A program made the translations under genes and the position numbers. A model generated the notes under the pieces. That model was given only the letters and a program-made list of their open reading frames with translations. It did not search any database and had not been told where the DNA came from. Shown here one piece after another: positions 1 to 9,820 of a stretch of DNA of 46,077 nt. Positions within the stretch are counted from its first letter, which is position 1. The number at the start of each line of letters is the position of its first letter. This DNA comes from Raillietiella orientalis (lineage: Eukaryota): NCBI GenBank assembly GCA_036172245.1, contig JAYWIR010000172.1, positions 1-46,077 of the forward strand. The letters are read 5' to 3'.

Positions 1-47
1 TGGCAGAACTCCCAGACCCATTCCTTAAAAAGGTCCCAGTCCAGGAG
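1..47 (-). mobile_element. ORF2 fragment (EN-RT linker) of a minus-strand LINE that continues left out of the window; target of element A1
   Basis: Reverse complement reads (N)LLDWDLFKEWVWEFC, matching TLQDWDRFKRSIQEFC at 2601-2650. Confidence 0.8.
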
Positions 48-90
48 ATTCCGGAGCGTCGAGCGGACGTGTCTTTTCGTTGCTCCTGAG
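48..90 (+). promoter_or_regulatory. Conserved LINE 5'-terminal motif (ATTCCGG...GAGCGGACGTGTYTTT), putative internal promoter
   Basis: Same motif at the 5' ends of copies at ~7631-7661(-), ~9629-9655(-), ~34622-34655(+), ~42525-42560(+). Promoter function is inferred. Confidence 0.6.
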
Positions 91-141
91 TTCCATTTCC
101 GTTGGTGCTTGTGCGTGGTGTGGGTGGAGGATTAGGCAGAA

Positions 142-1800
142 GTGCCTGATACCACCATCGGTGAGGATCCGGGGGCGATGACCTCATTGCCCCCGGAGCA
201 GATGGAGGTGGGGGCTCCCGCATCAGTGGAGGCTCCCGCCAGCACGGATGGGGCCCCGGCCCTACCCAGGGCTTGGAACGCCGTGGCTGCGGCACCTACG
301 CCAGCGGCTATGGCGGAAATGCGCGCTTACCTAAAGGAGGGGTATAACCCACCCCTTCTATATAAGGTAGGCGGTCTATATTCTCCCGAGAACGCGCGCG
401 CCTTCTCACAGGCGATGCGCGTTCTCGGCGTACAGAAAGAGGAGCTTCTGGCTATGTCCGTCAGAAGCGGGGGTCAATTTGTGGAAGTTATCTGCAAGGA
501 GGCAACTCTTGCGCGGAGAATTCTGCGAACCCCCGTAATTATGGGCAGCCGGAGGCTTCTTTCAATTACTGAAGACCGGTCGTTGATCATTCACCTGACC
601 GGTATCACGTTCCGGATGACGAAGGAGGCCGTCCGGAACCAATTGGAAAAATTCGCAACTGTCCACGCGCTGTGGGGAAAGCCTACTCCTTTTGTCGATT
701 ACGACGGGGTGCTTGGCAGCCTGGGTGCAGCGCGAGTGACGGTTCGCGAAGGGTGTGAGTTTCCACACAAACTCACCGTTAACGGTAAATCCGTTGACGT
801 GTGGTGCGTTGGGAAACCCAAATTCTGCGGCTGCTGCAGCAGCTTTGGTCACCTTAAAATGAGGTGTCCGAGCGTGCAGTGCCAGCAATGCAAACAAGCG
901 GGGCACACCGGTCTGGTGTGCCCCCAAAACACAGTCCGCGTCGTGTCCGCAAAAAACGTAAGATTGCGCGCGGCTGAAAAGAGGAATAAGCTGGCAGCTC
1001 GTGCTGCTGCTAAGGAGGTCACTTCCGCCACCAAGGCGAAGGCCAGCCCCGAGACCCTGGCGAAAAACGCCGAAAAGGTCGAGGGCGAGGATCAAGAGCC
1101 AGGGTGGCAGAAGGTCGATCCCAAGAAAAACTCCCATAAGAAGGGAAAGAACGTGGCGAAACGGAGCGAAACCGCTCTGCGCCGCGAAAAAATTAAAAGC
1201 TGCTGCGTCGTTGTAGAGCGGATTCCCGCCATCGACGAATGCGGCGCTAAAGAACTCGCTGCTGCCCCTGCTGAACCCTCCGTTGACAAAGTCAACAAGG
1301 AGGGGAGCGAGGCGGCGGTGTCCGTCACCGAGCCCACGCTCGATGACGTCGCCTTCGAGCATGCCGCGGAGGAGCTGGCTGCCTCGTTGCAGCCGGTTGC
1401 CCCCAAGGGTGGCAATAAGGCCGTCAGGCGTCCGGCTACCCCTCAGGAGTCGGCCACTTCCGACCCGGAGGTGAAGGCCGGAAACACAGCATCCATCTCC
1501 GCGGCACCCCGCAAAAAGACAGGACGAAAGTTCACAATGCCCCGGAAGATCGTCTCCCCCGACGAAGGGGAAGAGATGGCTTCCGGTAGCGAGGGTGCCA
1601 TGAGCGTGGGAAACTCCCGGGACCCGTCGTCCGAGAGAATTCCACGTTTGGACACGGAGGGGATGGTGAGGATGGAGGCCGAACAGGTACCCCAGGCGCC
1701 TGAAGAGGCCTCCGTCCTCGTTCCGATGGTCCTCGTACCGATGGACCTTTCCTACACCTGCCCCGCGGCAGGTGCCGCGACGCCACTTTCCCAGTTATAA
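142..1800 (+). CDS. LINE ORF1, gag-like nucleic-acid-binding protein (RRM-like region, two zinc knuckles, basic/low-complexity C-terminus)
   Basis: 552-codon open frame with CGCCSSFGHLKMRC and CQQCKQAGHTGLVC knuckles. Position 142 is GTG where paralog A2 has ATG (34735); first in-frame ATG is 178. Confidence 0.88.
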   Translation: MPDTTIGEDPGAMTSLPPEQMEVGAPASVEAPASTDGAPALPRAWNAVAAAPTPAAMAEMRAYLKEGYNPPLLYKVGGLYSPENARAFSQAMRVLGVQKEELLAMSVRSGGQFVEVICKEATLARRILRTPVIMGSRRLLSITEDRSLIIHLTGITFRMTKEAVRNQLEKFATVHALWGKPTPFVDYDGVLGSLGAARVTVREGCEFPHKLTVNGKSVDVWCVGKPKFCGCCSSFGHLKMRCPSVQCQQCKQAGHTGLVCPQNTVRVVSAKNVRLRAAEKRNKLAARAAAKEVTSATKAKASPETLAKNAEKVEGEDQEPGWQKVDPKKNSHKKGKNVAKRSETALRREKIKSCCVVVERIPAIDECGAKELAAAPAEPSVDKVNKEGSEAAVSVTEPTLDDVAFEHAAEELAASLQPVAPKGGNKAVRRPATPQESATSDPEVKAGNTASISAAPRKKTGRKFTMPRKIVSPDEGEEMASGSEGAMSVGNSRDPSSERIPRLDTEGMVRMEAEQVPQAPEEASVLVPMVLVPMDLSYTCPAAGAATPLSQL

Positions 1801-4800
1801 TGCCGGGAATCGCCTCTCGCCGTCGTCTTCTGATCGCCTGTTGGAACGTGAACGGGCTAAGCGACGACGGCAAGAGACGTGACATGGCCGCCACTCTGGC
1901 ATCCTTCGACCTGGTGCTGCTGCAGGAGATCCACGTGATATCCGCAGATCAAGCCCGGGAGATCGAACGGATCTCGGGTGGGCGGCAGTTGTGGCGTTGC
2001 AGCACCGCGAAATCAAGCGGTGTCGCCTTCCTGCTTGGGCCAGTAATCAAGACCGCAATAAAGGACGTTCGGTTCGATGACGCAGGTCGCGTCGGTCAGC
2101 TGACTCTCAGCTGGTCCGACTCTATCGACCTGGTCGTCCCCAACCTATACGCTCCTAGCGGAAACAACGCGTTGAGGGCGAAGGCAAGAAGGGAATTCTA
2201 CCTTGCCCTGAGACGCGATTGGCTGACCGATGCAGGAGTTCGCAAAGCGCACCTGATCGCAGGTGATTTCAACCTGCGCCTGCTTTCACGTGCGCCGGAT
2301 TCACTGAACGACCGCGTCAACGAGTTGTGCGCAGAAATGAACACGCGCAACTTGTTGGCCGGGTACACGGCCATGGAAAGCAGCATCGATCACGTGTAAA
2401 TTGATCAGCACCTATGCTCTCGGGTGGGCAGGCGCGGCAAGGTAGCATCCGAGCTGTCGGACCATGGTCGGATCATGTTCGAAGTGCGTCCGCGCGACAA
2501 GGGCCCTTCCTCGTCAGCGTGGCATCTGCCAGGGTACTGGCTGAAGTTTCCCGACGCGGCGGAACACCTCCGCGCGTTTATTTGGAGCTTCAGGATGCAG
2601 ACACTTCAGGACTGGGACCGCTTCAAGCGGTCGATCCAGGAGTTCTGCGACCAGTTCCCTCTGCACCGCCTATCTACGGGTTTTGGGACCGGGGTCCGTA
2701 ACGAACGAGCCTACCTGCAGGCCCGTCGTTACGCAAGGACCCCTGACATCCGCAGGCTGGCGGAATACAAAGCGGGAGCCGAGAGGCAAGCCTGGCAGTC
2801 CGGATCGGCCAGCGTGCTGGACGATCAGGGCCAGGAGCATTCAGCAATCGCTCAAATCCGCGTCCTACTGCGGAGTTACTACTCCTCCCTGTATGCCAGG
2901 GCACCTCCGGAGAGGAACGTCTCACGACTCCTGCTTTCACAAGGCGCTCCAGCGATCGGGGAACAGGTGAGAAAGACCCTCGCCGAGCCTTTCACAATAG
3001 ACGAGATCCTCTCGACCATCGGAATGCTCAAGAGGCGCAAGACTGCAGCAGAGGACGGCCTGCCCGCGAAGTTCTACCAAACTTTCGCGGCTGAGCTTTC
3101 CCCCCTGGTACAACAACTCACCTTGCTGATACGCAAGACAGGTGACGTTCCCGCCTCGTTTCGTTCGGCAAAGGTGCGGCTCCTCCCTAAGGGAAGAGAT
3201 CTGAGGAGCATGAACAACTGGCGTCCCATCACAATAGAGAATGCGGACGTCAAGCTGATAGTTAAGGTTTCGGCAGAGTGATTGAGAAAAGTCGCCAACA
3301 TCTTGATCAGCCCGGAACAGACATATGCTGTTCCCGGGCGTAGCATGGAGGCGAAACTCTTCCACCCTTCCACCTGGCTAGAGCTCCAACAAGAAAATAG
3401 CTTGGTGCGCAGCTGAAACTCCGGTGCGTGCGCCGGCAAAGGGTCGGATGGTCGAATGGGGGAGGGAGCCCTTGCGGTCGCAATCGACTTGAGGAAAGCA
3501 GTTGATTGCGTCGACCAGAATGTGCTTGTGGAGCTTCTGGAACGCTTGGGCTTCCCGGACTAATTAGTAGCCTATCTGCGCTCCGGCTGGCGTGACGCGC
3601 TCATCAACGTTTCTTTCAGCGTGCAGACCGTGCACGGCGTGCAGGTGCGGCGTGGGATCCGAAAGGTAGACAGTCCTAGCTCGTTGCTCTTTAGCATCTT
3701 GTTTGAGTTGGTGCTGAGGGCGTACAGGCTAACGCAGGCGAACCTGCCGAGCTCTTGTCCAGGAACGCCGTCCTTGACGGCCTATGCTAACGACCTGCTT
3801 CTCGTTTTACCCATGAACACCTTGGCGTCCGGTCTCGAGGATTTCTTTGAACTGATTCGCCTGGGAGCGGGCATGAGTGTAAACCGGAGCAAGAGCGTGC
3901 TCCTACCTATTGGTGCGGCGTGGGGAAGCAGTCCGACTGGATCGGCCTGGGGATCCCGACCGCTCCGTCCACCCAATATCTGTCGTTACGCTGGGAAATA
4001 TCAGCCCAGAGGGAGTGTTGTCGGACTAACTACGGAAGGCGATGAGTGCTCTGAGCCCGTTCCACCATGACAGATTCGTCCTGCCGGAGCGGTCCGCGAT
4101 ATGGAACACCTTCCTTTCCCCTCTCTTGCGTCCATTGGTTTTAGTTTGCTTATCCCTACTCGGCCAAGCACCAGGCGCACAGCCTATTTAATAACGCTCT
4201 GTGGGGACCTGCCAGGTCCCGGATCCGTGTCAAGGACTTGTCGGCTGCGCGTCCAAATGCTGGCTTAGGCATCCTGACGCTGGAGAGAATGAAGTTGCAG
4301 GTGCAACTTGGGATGTTGGGTATGTGCGCCAACCTTTGGTCCACTCCGTAGTGCGCTCCCGCGCGCTTGCTTCTGCGGCGCTGCACAGGCAAAGATGGGC
4401 TTCTTCGCTGCGGCCGCACACGGAGCGCGTCACGAGAAGCTTCGGTTTCCCCTTGAAACCGCTCTACCTGCTCCTGGAAGCCCAGGAATGTATCTCCTGG
4501 CACCCAACGAACTTTGAAGAATGGCGGCAGGAACGGTTGCATGGCTGGGCAAAGCACCAGGATGTTTCCCTCCAGGAACTCCGTTGCGCTCACCTATTTC
4601 CGCACTGTACGGTGAATGAGGTGTGCAACAGGCAGGAGAAATGGACCCGCCTGGCCCTTACCTCCCTCCCCGATGCACTGTCAGCCCTCAGGGCAAGAGA
4701 TGACAGTTGCGAACCGGCGAGATGGGAGGTCGCCTGCACTATCGCAGGAACAACGCGACCTATTGGCGGCTGGAGGACTTGCGAGCTGGCAGACGCCGCC

Positions 4801-5348
4801 ACGCCGTTCCACGTTCCGAAGGGACTCCTTCGGTGGAGTAAACACTGGAGTGTGGTTCCGAAGAACTTGTGGTCCCTCCCTCCTGTTTGAACACTTCTGC
4901 GTTCCCTCTTTCATTGAAGCAGGACGGAATCATGATTGTGCATTGCGGTGTTCACTCCAACCAGCGCGCGAACCTTGTTTCCGGGGGAGTCGTCTCCCCA
5001 AACTTTAAGCTGTGCGGGGAAGTGGAAACGCTCCCGTATCTGCTGCTGGACTTTGGTGCCCTTCTAGGACTGTAGCGGCGGCTGGCCTTAGCTCTTCTGC
5101 ACCAGAGGGACACCGCAAGAGACTTGATGCGCCGCTTCTTCACGGCAGGCGGGCTGCCTTTGGCTGCTGTCGTTGCAGCCGTGTGTTTCACCCGCGCCAT
5201 CGACAAGTTCCACCGAGAGTTGGAGAAGCTGGCCATTCTTCGCCAGCCAACCGGATTAGGCAGGGCAAGCATGTCTTCGGCTCCCGAGTAGGACCACCTA
5301 CCAGATAGCGTGAGGAGAGAGATCGCCGGCATCCATCGTCGTTTCTGA
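1800..5348 (+). pseudogene. LINE ORF2 (APE endonuclease, reverse transcriptase, CCHC finger), disrupted
   Basis: WNVNGL, LQEIH, NLYAP, AGDFN, SIDHV, SDH (APE); EDGLPAKFY, WRPITIENAD, AIDLRKAVD, GIRKVD, YAND (for YADD) in RT; stops at 2397 and 3279 plus later stops and frameshifts. Confidence 0.92.
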
Positions 5349-5544
5349 AAGGAAGGAACGGACTCACCAAAGACCCCTGTCCCCTTCCCTCCGTGTTTTT
5401 CTTTTTATGTTTTATAGTAGTGTATTTGTGGTCCCCTCCCTCCCGTTCCGGACTTTTGGCATACAGTCCTGCGTGTCGGAGATCCCACCCCCTTCGTCTC
5501 TGGTTTTTCCCTTTGTGCAGGAACTGTGTTCCGGGATAGTTTTC

Positions 5545-5568
5545 AATAAACGCCCCGGCCCACCAGGT
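5545..5568 (+). terminator. LINE 3' terminus: AATAAA plus decayed GC hairpin, no poly(A)
   Basis: AATAAACGCCCCGGCCCACCAGGT; homologous termini at 34348-34372(+), 37257-37282(-), 40040-40064(-). Confidence 0.7.
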
Positions 5569-5762
5569 TGATAAACAACCGACCCTTCGCGATCGACTGG
5601 AACTTCTGGACTTCTGCCACGGTGAATACCTGGATTTCCTGCAGGAGGACCTGGTCGAGCTCACGCAGGGTGTCGTTGTATCTCGCCTGTTGCCGTCGTC
5701 GCCCAGCCCGTTGACATTCGAACAGGCCGCGTGAATCGGAAGGCGAGTGGCAGGCCCAGGTG

Positions 5763-7555
5763 TTATCTCTGGGAAAATGGTGTTGCGGCGTTCAACACCT
5801 GCTGGGGCGGGACGCTATGTGGTGGAGGAGGGTCAGGTGCTGAAGGTTCCTGGTTCCCCTCCTCCATGGGTAACGGCGCGCCTAGCGGCTCACCCGAAGG
5901 TGGGGTCGCGCCTACCTGTTAGCCCTCCTCCATGGGGGTGGGCTGTTTGGGGTCGGCGACTGCAGAGGGGACTTCACCCTCCTACTCAGCTTCTTCCGTG
6001 GGGGTGGCCTGCTCCAGGGCTTCCGAACGTGGGAATTCTTCCTCCGGAGTTCCCACGGCGTCGACGGCTTCCGTCTTCTCCTCCTGGCTGGTGGAGGGGA
6101 GACGCCTCCTGGGCTTCTGGGACTTGCGTGCCTATTTCCTGGGCGGTGCCTCCGAAGAGGAGGATGTACTTCCAGCCTTAATCGCACTCATCTGCGGGGG
6201 CGTTTTTTGCTGCAGCTGGCCTTCACACGGCCTTGCGTGAGGGGTTCTTACGTTCCGCCAGTGTGGCCGCGAGCTGCTCCGCCGCCTTTGCGAACGCGGC
6301 GTCCCCGGTATCGACCGGCGCGTCGCGCGGCTCACCCTCTGTTTGCACAGAGGGTTCGCCGTCGCGAGCTTCGGGCACGACGGAAACGGTGAGGGGAGGC
6401 TGGTCGCTCCGGGTGGCATCCTCGGGAACGCTGATGCGCCCCAGTGCTACCGTGCACTCGCGGACGGTTTTTGAGAGCGGAGCAAGTTTTTTCGCCTTCC
6501 CGTCCGTCGTTTTCTCCGCCTTTTTTTCCTTGCTTTTTCTAAGTTCCTTTTTGGGGTCTTTCCTTTGTTTAACCTGCTTCCATCACTACTCCACTTCTGC
6601 GTCCTTTGGAGTTTTTTCTTCCGACGCCTGTTTATTAAGAAGAGGAGATAGCGGCTGGATCCTGCCAGTTTTCCGTTGCGGTCTTTCGAACTTTGCTATT
6701 TTAGCCTGCGCTTTTTTGGTAGCATGCGGAACCGGTGTAAGGCGTTTACGGCACACACGACGAACGTGTCCCGTAAACACGCACAAGACGCCCACAATGT
6801 TCGGGCACCGCTTGCGCAATTGTCCTACTGCATTGCAGTATCCACAGTAACGGGGTTTGGTACGTGGGGAAACCCCGTTACTCTGGTACGTGAGCAGAGG
6901 TCAACGGGTTCATTTGCGACCTCTAATTTGTAAGGTAAGCCACCTCCCTCTTTTACCGTGACAGGCGTTGCAGCCTGGCCACCGAAAAGACCATAATAAC
7001 CTTCGAAAATTGTTGGCTTCGGCCACTACGCGAGCACTTCTCCATGTTTTTTAACTCATCACCAACTGGGAAGCGAGTCATTCCGCTGATAATTCCGGTG
7101 AGACGGACAGCTACGGAGCGGTCCATGGTCACCGACAAGTTCTTGCGTCTATCAACGATCAGGGGGTCGGTGATCAGGAGTTGGGTCAAGGTGGTGTCTT
7201 TGCATACAACCTCGACCCGCTGACCGCCGCTGAGGACGGAGAGCGCATCGAGATCTTGTTCTCTGACATTCGCGGTTTGCAGCGCCTTGGTAAATGCGCG
7301 TTCAGTAAGCCTATCAAACAATGGATCAAACAACCCTACCTGGTATACCAGCGAGGGTTTGTACAGTGCTGCCCGAAATGCCATCTGGTCTGCCAAGGCT
7401 TCGGCGCTGGGCGCTGCCACAATGGCACTCCAAGTCCTCGCCTGGATCGGCGGGGACGATTCCGGGGCGGATGCCCCTGATCCAGTAGGCTCTGTGGGTG
7501 AACTAGCCTACCCCACACCTACTCCCATTGCGATGTCCTCTGGCATCGTAGACAT
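5763..7555 (-). pseudogene. ORF1 of B1, frameshifted
   Basis: MSTMPEDIAM start, AAPSAEALADQMAFRAALYKPSLVYQVG, knuckle remnants; stop within TAACA at 5761-5765. Confidence 0.85.
6846..6882. repeat. 13-bp perfect inverted repeat created by a local templated inversion
   Basis: AGTAACGGGGTTT-(11 nt)-AAACCCCGTTACT; absent from paralog B3 at ~43270-43310. Confidence 0.85.
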
Positions 7556-7661
7556 CGGACACCGGCGATGTTAAAAATCACAAACACTCGTTAAGGAAAC
7601 TCTCCTCAAGCCTCGCTGTGGGAGCTACGGAAAAACACGTCCGCTCTTGACGAGCCGGAAT

Positions 7662-8390
7662 TGGGGTAGGTACTCGCAACGAAAAAGCGTATTCATACAC
7701 CTGTCGTTAAGCGAGGATCACCAACGTCCGTCGCTTGGCCGAGTATCGAGCCGGGGCTAAGCGCCAAGCCTAACAGTCTGGGCCTCAATCCTGCTGGACG
7801 ACTAGGACAGGGAACACTCGGTTTTGCCGCGATTCGACACATCGGGAAAAAATTTTATTCCTCCCTGTACGCCAGGGAGCTTTCGGAGCGAGACGCCTCG
7901 CGACTGCTGCTCTCTTCCTCTCCTATGGCCTGGGTTCTGCGGAGCCCCGGCCATAGGAGAGGAAGAGTAGGGAAGCCTCGTCGAGCCTTTGACTAGCAAT
8001 GAAATCTTCACCGCAATAAAAAAACTGGAGAGGCGGGAGGTACCAGAAGAGGACAGCCTGCCCGCGAAGTATTTTCAAAGCTTCGCTGCAGAGTTTACCC
8101 CCTTGGTGCATAAGTTGACACAGCTGATCCGGGATGTAGGCCATGTTGCCGCCTCGTTGCAGTCAGCTAGGATGAGGCTCCTTCCTAAGGAAGGATACCT
8201 CCCCAAGTTGAACAACTGACGTCCGATCACAGTCAAGAACACGGACGTCAAGTTGTTTGCGAAACTGTGGGCTGCGCGGCTAGGACAGGTAGCCGAATCC
8301 GTTCTTAGCCCGGAGCATACTTATGCTGTTTCTGGGTGAAGTACTGAGGCTAACCTTTTCTTCGCCAGAACATGATTTCATGTGCAAAGC
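7662..8390 (+). mobile_element. LINE ORF2 fragment (linker to RT N-terminus), target of B1
   Basis: GVGTRNEKAY...RRLAEYRAGA...EDSLPAKYFQSFAAE...RPITVKNTD; colinear with 45255-45965. Confidence 0.88.
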
Positions 8391-8399
8391 GAAGTCAAA

Positions 8400-9655
8400 G
8401 AGAATAAAAGATCACCGCGGCCTTTGTGGGACACGAACTTTCAGAGGCAATTCCGAGGGCGTCCATGCACAGTTTCCCATGTTTTCCCCTGGACGCGGAA
8501 ACGGACGCATACAATCCAGCAGCCTTCATTAAGTGCGTGGTCGCACTCTTGGGCTGCATCGAAGGGGACGATTTGCCCCCAGGGCTGCATGGTATTTTTA
8601 CCGTCTGCGCGGCTGTCTAGGATGGTGACTTCCCCGAAGCAACCGCGCTCTTTTTTGCGGGACTGCCACTCGATGAGAGCCCGCCCTTCGCGCAGGATTT
8701 CACCCGTGGCACAACGGGGGATCTTTTCGGTTCGAACGGGGTCAATTGTTAACAGTTTCTCGCCTGCCGTTTGCGCTTCAGCTCTGCTCACTCTTTAATG
8801 GAGTGGCCGAGCAGTTTGCCATAGCGGCAGTTGCGAGAAGGGCACGTCCACGGAAGGTGGCCCTCTGCGCCGCTAATGCCGCAAGCCGGTCGCTGACCGG
8901 CAAATTTAAGGTGGACGATCGCATCGCCCATCTTCAATTGCGTAGGCATGTCCCTCCGATCTGCTATGGTGACTCGCGCCATGGCAAGTCTGCTGTGGAG
9001 AGATGCAATCCTTATGATCGGATTGTCTGCTCTCCACAGCGCGTGCACCGTGGCGAATGCACTGAGTGCAGCGACGAGCACGCGATCGGGCGTGTCCACC
9101 TTGACTGCGGACAATCGAGCCACGAACGACTGGTCCATGGCCGACGGGTCCAACTCCTTCCCTCGTATGTTAAGCGGGGTGCGGAGAAGGCGCTGGACTA
9201 GGGATGCTTCTTTGAAGTGCACCTTTTAGAATCCTAGCGCGTTAACCGGCATGACGGCCAGGAGGTCGTCCTGCCGGGACCCGACGCGCAAAAGCTTGTC
9301 TTAGAGAATTTCTCCGACCACGTCGTAGATAGAAGCACTCATCGAATAGCAGAGAGCATTCTTGTGGCCATTAGATGCATATGCCTGCAGCTTCGCTTCG
9401 TCTTACGGTGCTCGGTTTGCTGCCGTCGCCTTGACGACGGTGGCGAGGCTTCTCTCCGGTTGCGAGACATAGGCATCAGAAACGGGATGAACATCCGGGG
9501 TAGAAACTCCGTTGCCCGCTGCAGTCTCCACATCCATCTTCTCCGACACGGGCGCCGTGAACATTCTAGCGAACGCACGTGGGCACACCACAAGCACAGA
9601 AGTCGTAAAGGAATCGAGCTCCTCGAGCAACACAGAACACGTCTGTCCAGCGTCT
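8400..9655 (-). mobile_element. Divergent LINE copy C, 5' half (5' motif plus decayed ORF1 starting ~9565)
   Basis: MFTAPVSEKMDVE...RSLATVVKA...AYASNGHKNALCY...QDDLLAV...KEASLVQRLLRTP...FATVHALW...CGISGAEGHLPWTC; 5' motif GACAGACGTGTTCTGTGTTGCTC. Confidence 0.82.
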
Positions 9656-9820
9656 TCTTTGAGCGGTTTCCCGCCATCAGCGTACGCGGCACAATGAAAC
9701 TCGCTTCTTCCACTGCTCAACCCTCTGTTGACAAAGTCAACAAGGAGAAGAGCGAGGCGGAGGCGTCCGTCATCCATCTTACGCTCGATGACGTCGCCAT
9801 TGAGCGCGCCGTGGCGGGAT
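9653..9820 (+). mobile_element. Subfamily A ORF1 internal fragment, target of copy C
   Basis: VFFERFPAI...PSVDKVNKEKSEAEASV...TLDDVAIERA matches 1207-1370. Confidence 0.85.

Larger units (their letters stand above)
48..5568 (+). mobile_element. Full-length L1/Tx1-like non-LTR retrotransposon, copy A1 (ORF1 open, ORF2 disrupted)
   Basis: Conserved 5' motif, ORF1 with zinc knuckles, ORF2 with APE and RT motifs and a decayed C-terminal finger, pyrimidine-rich 3' UTR, AATAAA plus terminal motif at 5545-5568. Confidence 0.93.
5569..7661 (-). mobile_element. LINE copy B1, 5' half (5' UTR, ORF1, start of endonuclease), interrupted by A1
   Basis: Colinear with B3 (42525-44570). 5' motif at 7631-7661; EN LLQEIQV...GRLF ends at ~5572. 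Confidence 0.9.

Noticed and set aside
562..1362. Long antisense ORFs inside LINE copies (also 38419-39195, 43474-44202)
   Set aside because: Shadow frames of GC-rich coding sequence, not conserved between copies.
1800..5348. Bacterial RT system (retron, DGR, group II intron) or CRISPR array
   Set aside because: APE-RT-CCHC with a gag-like ORF1 is a eukaryotic LINE layout; no repeat-spacer array seen.
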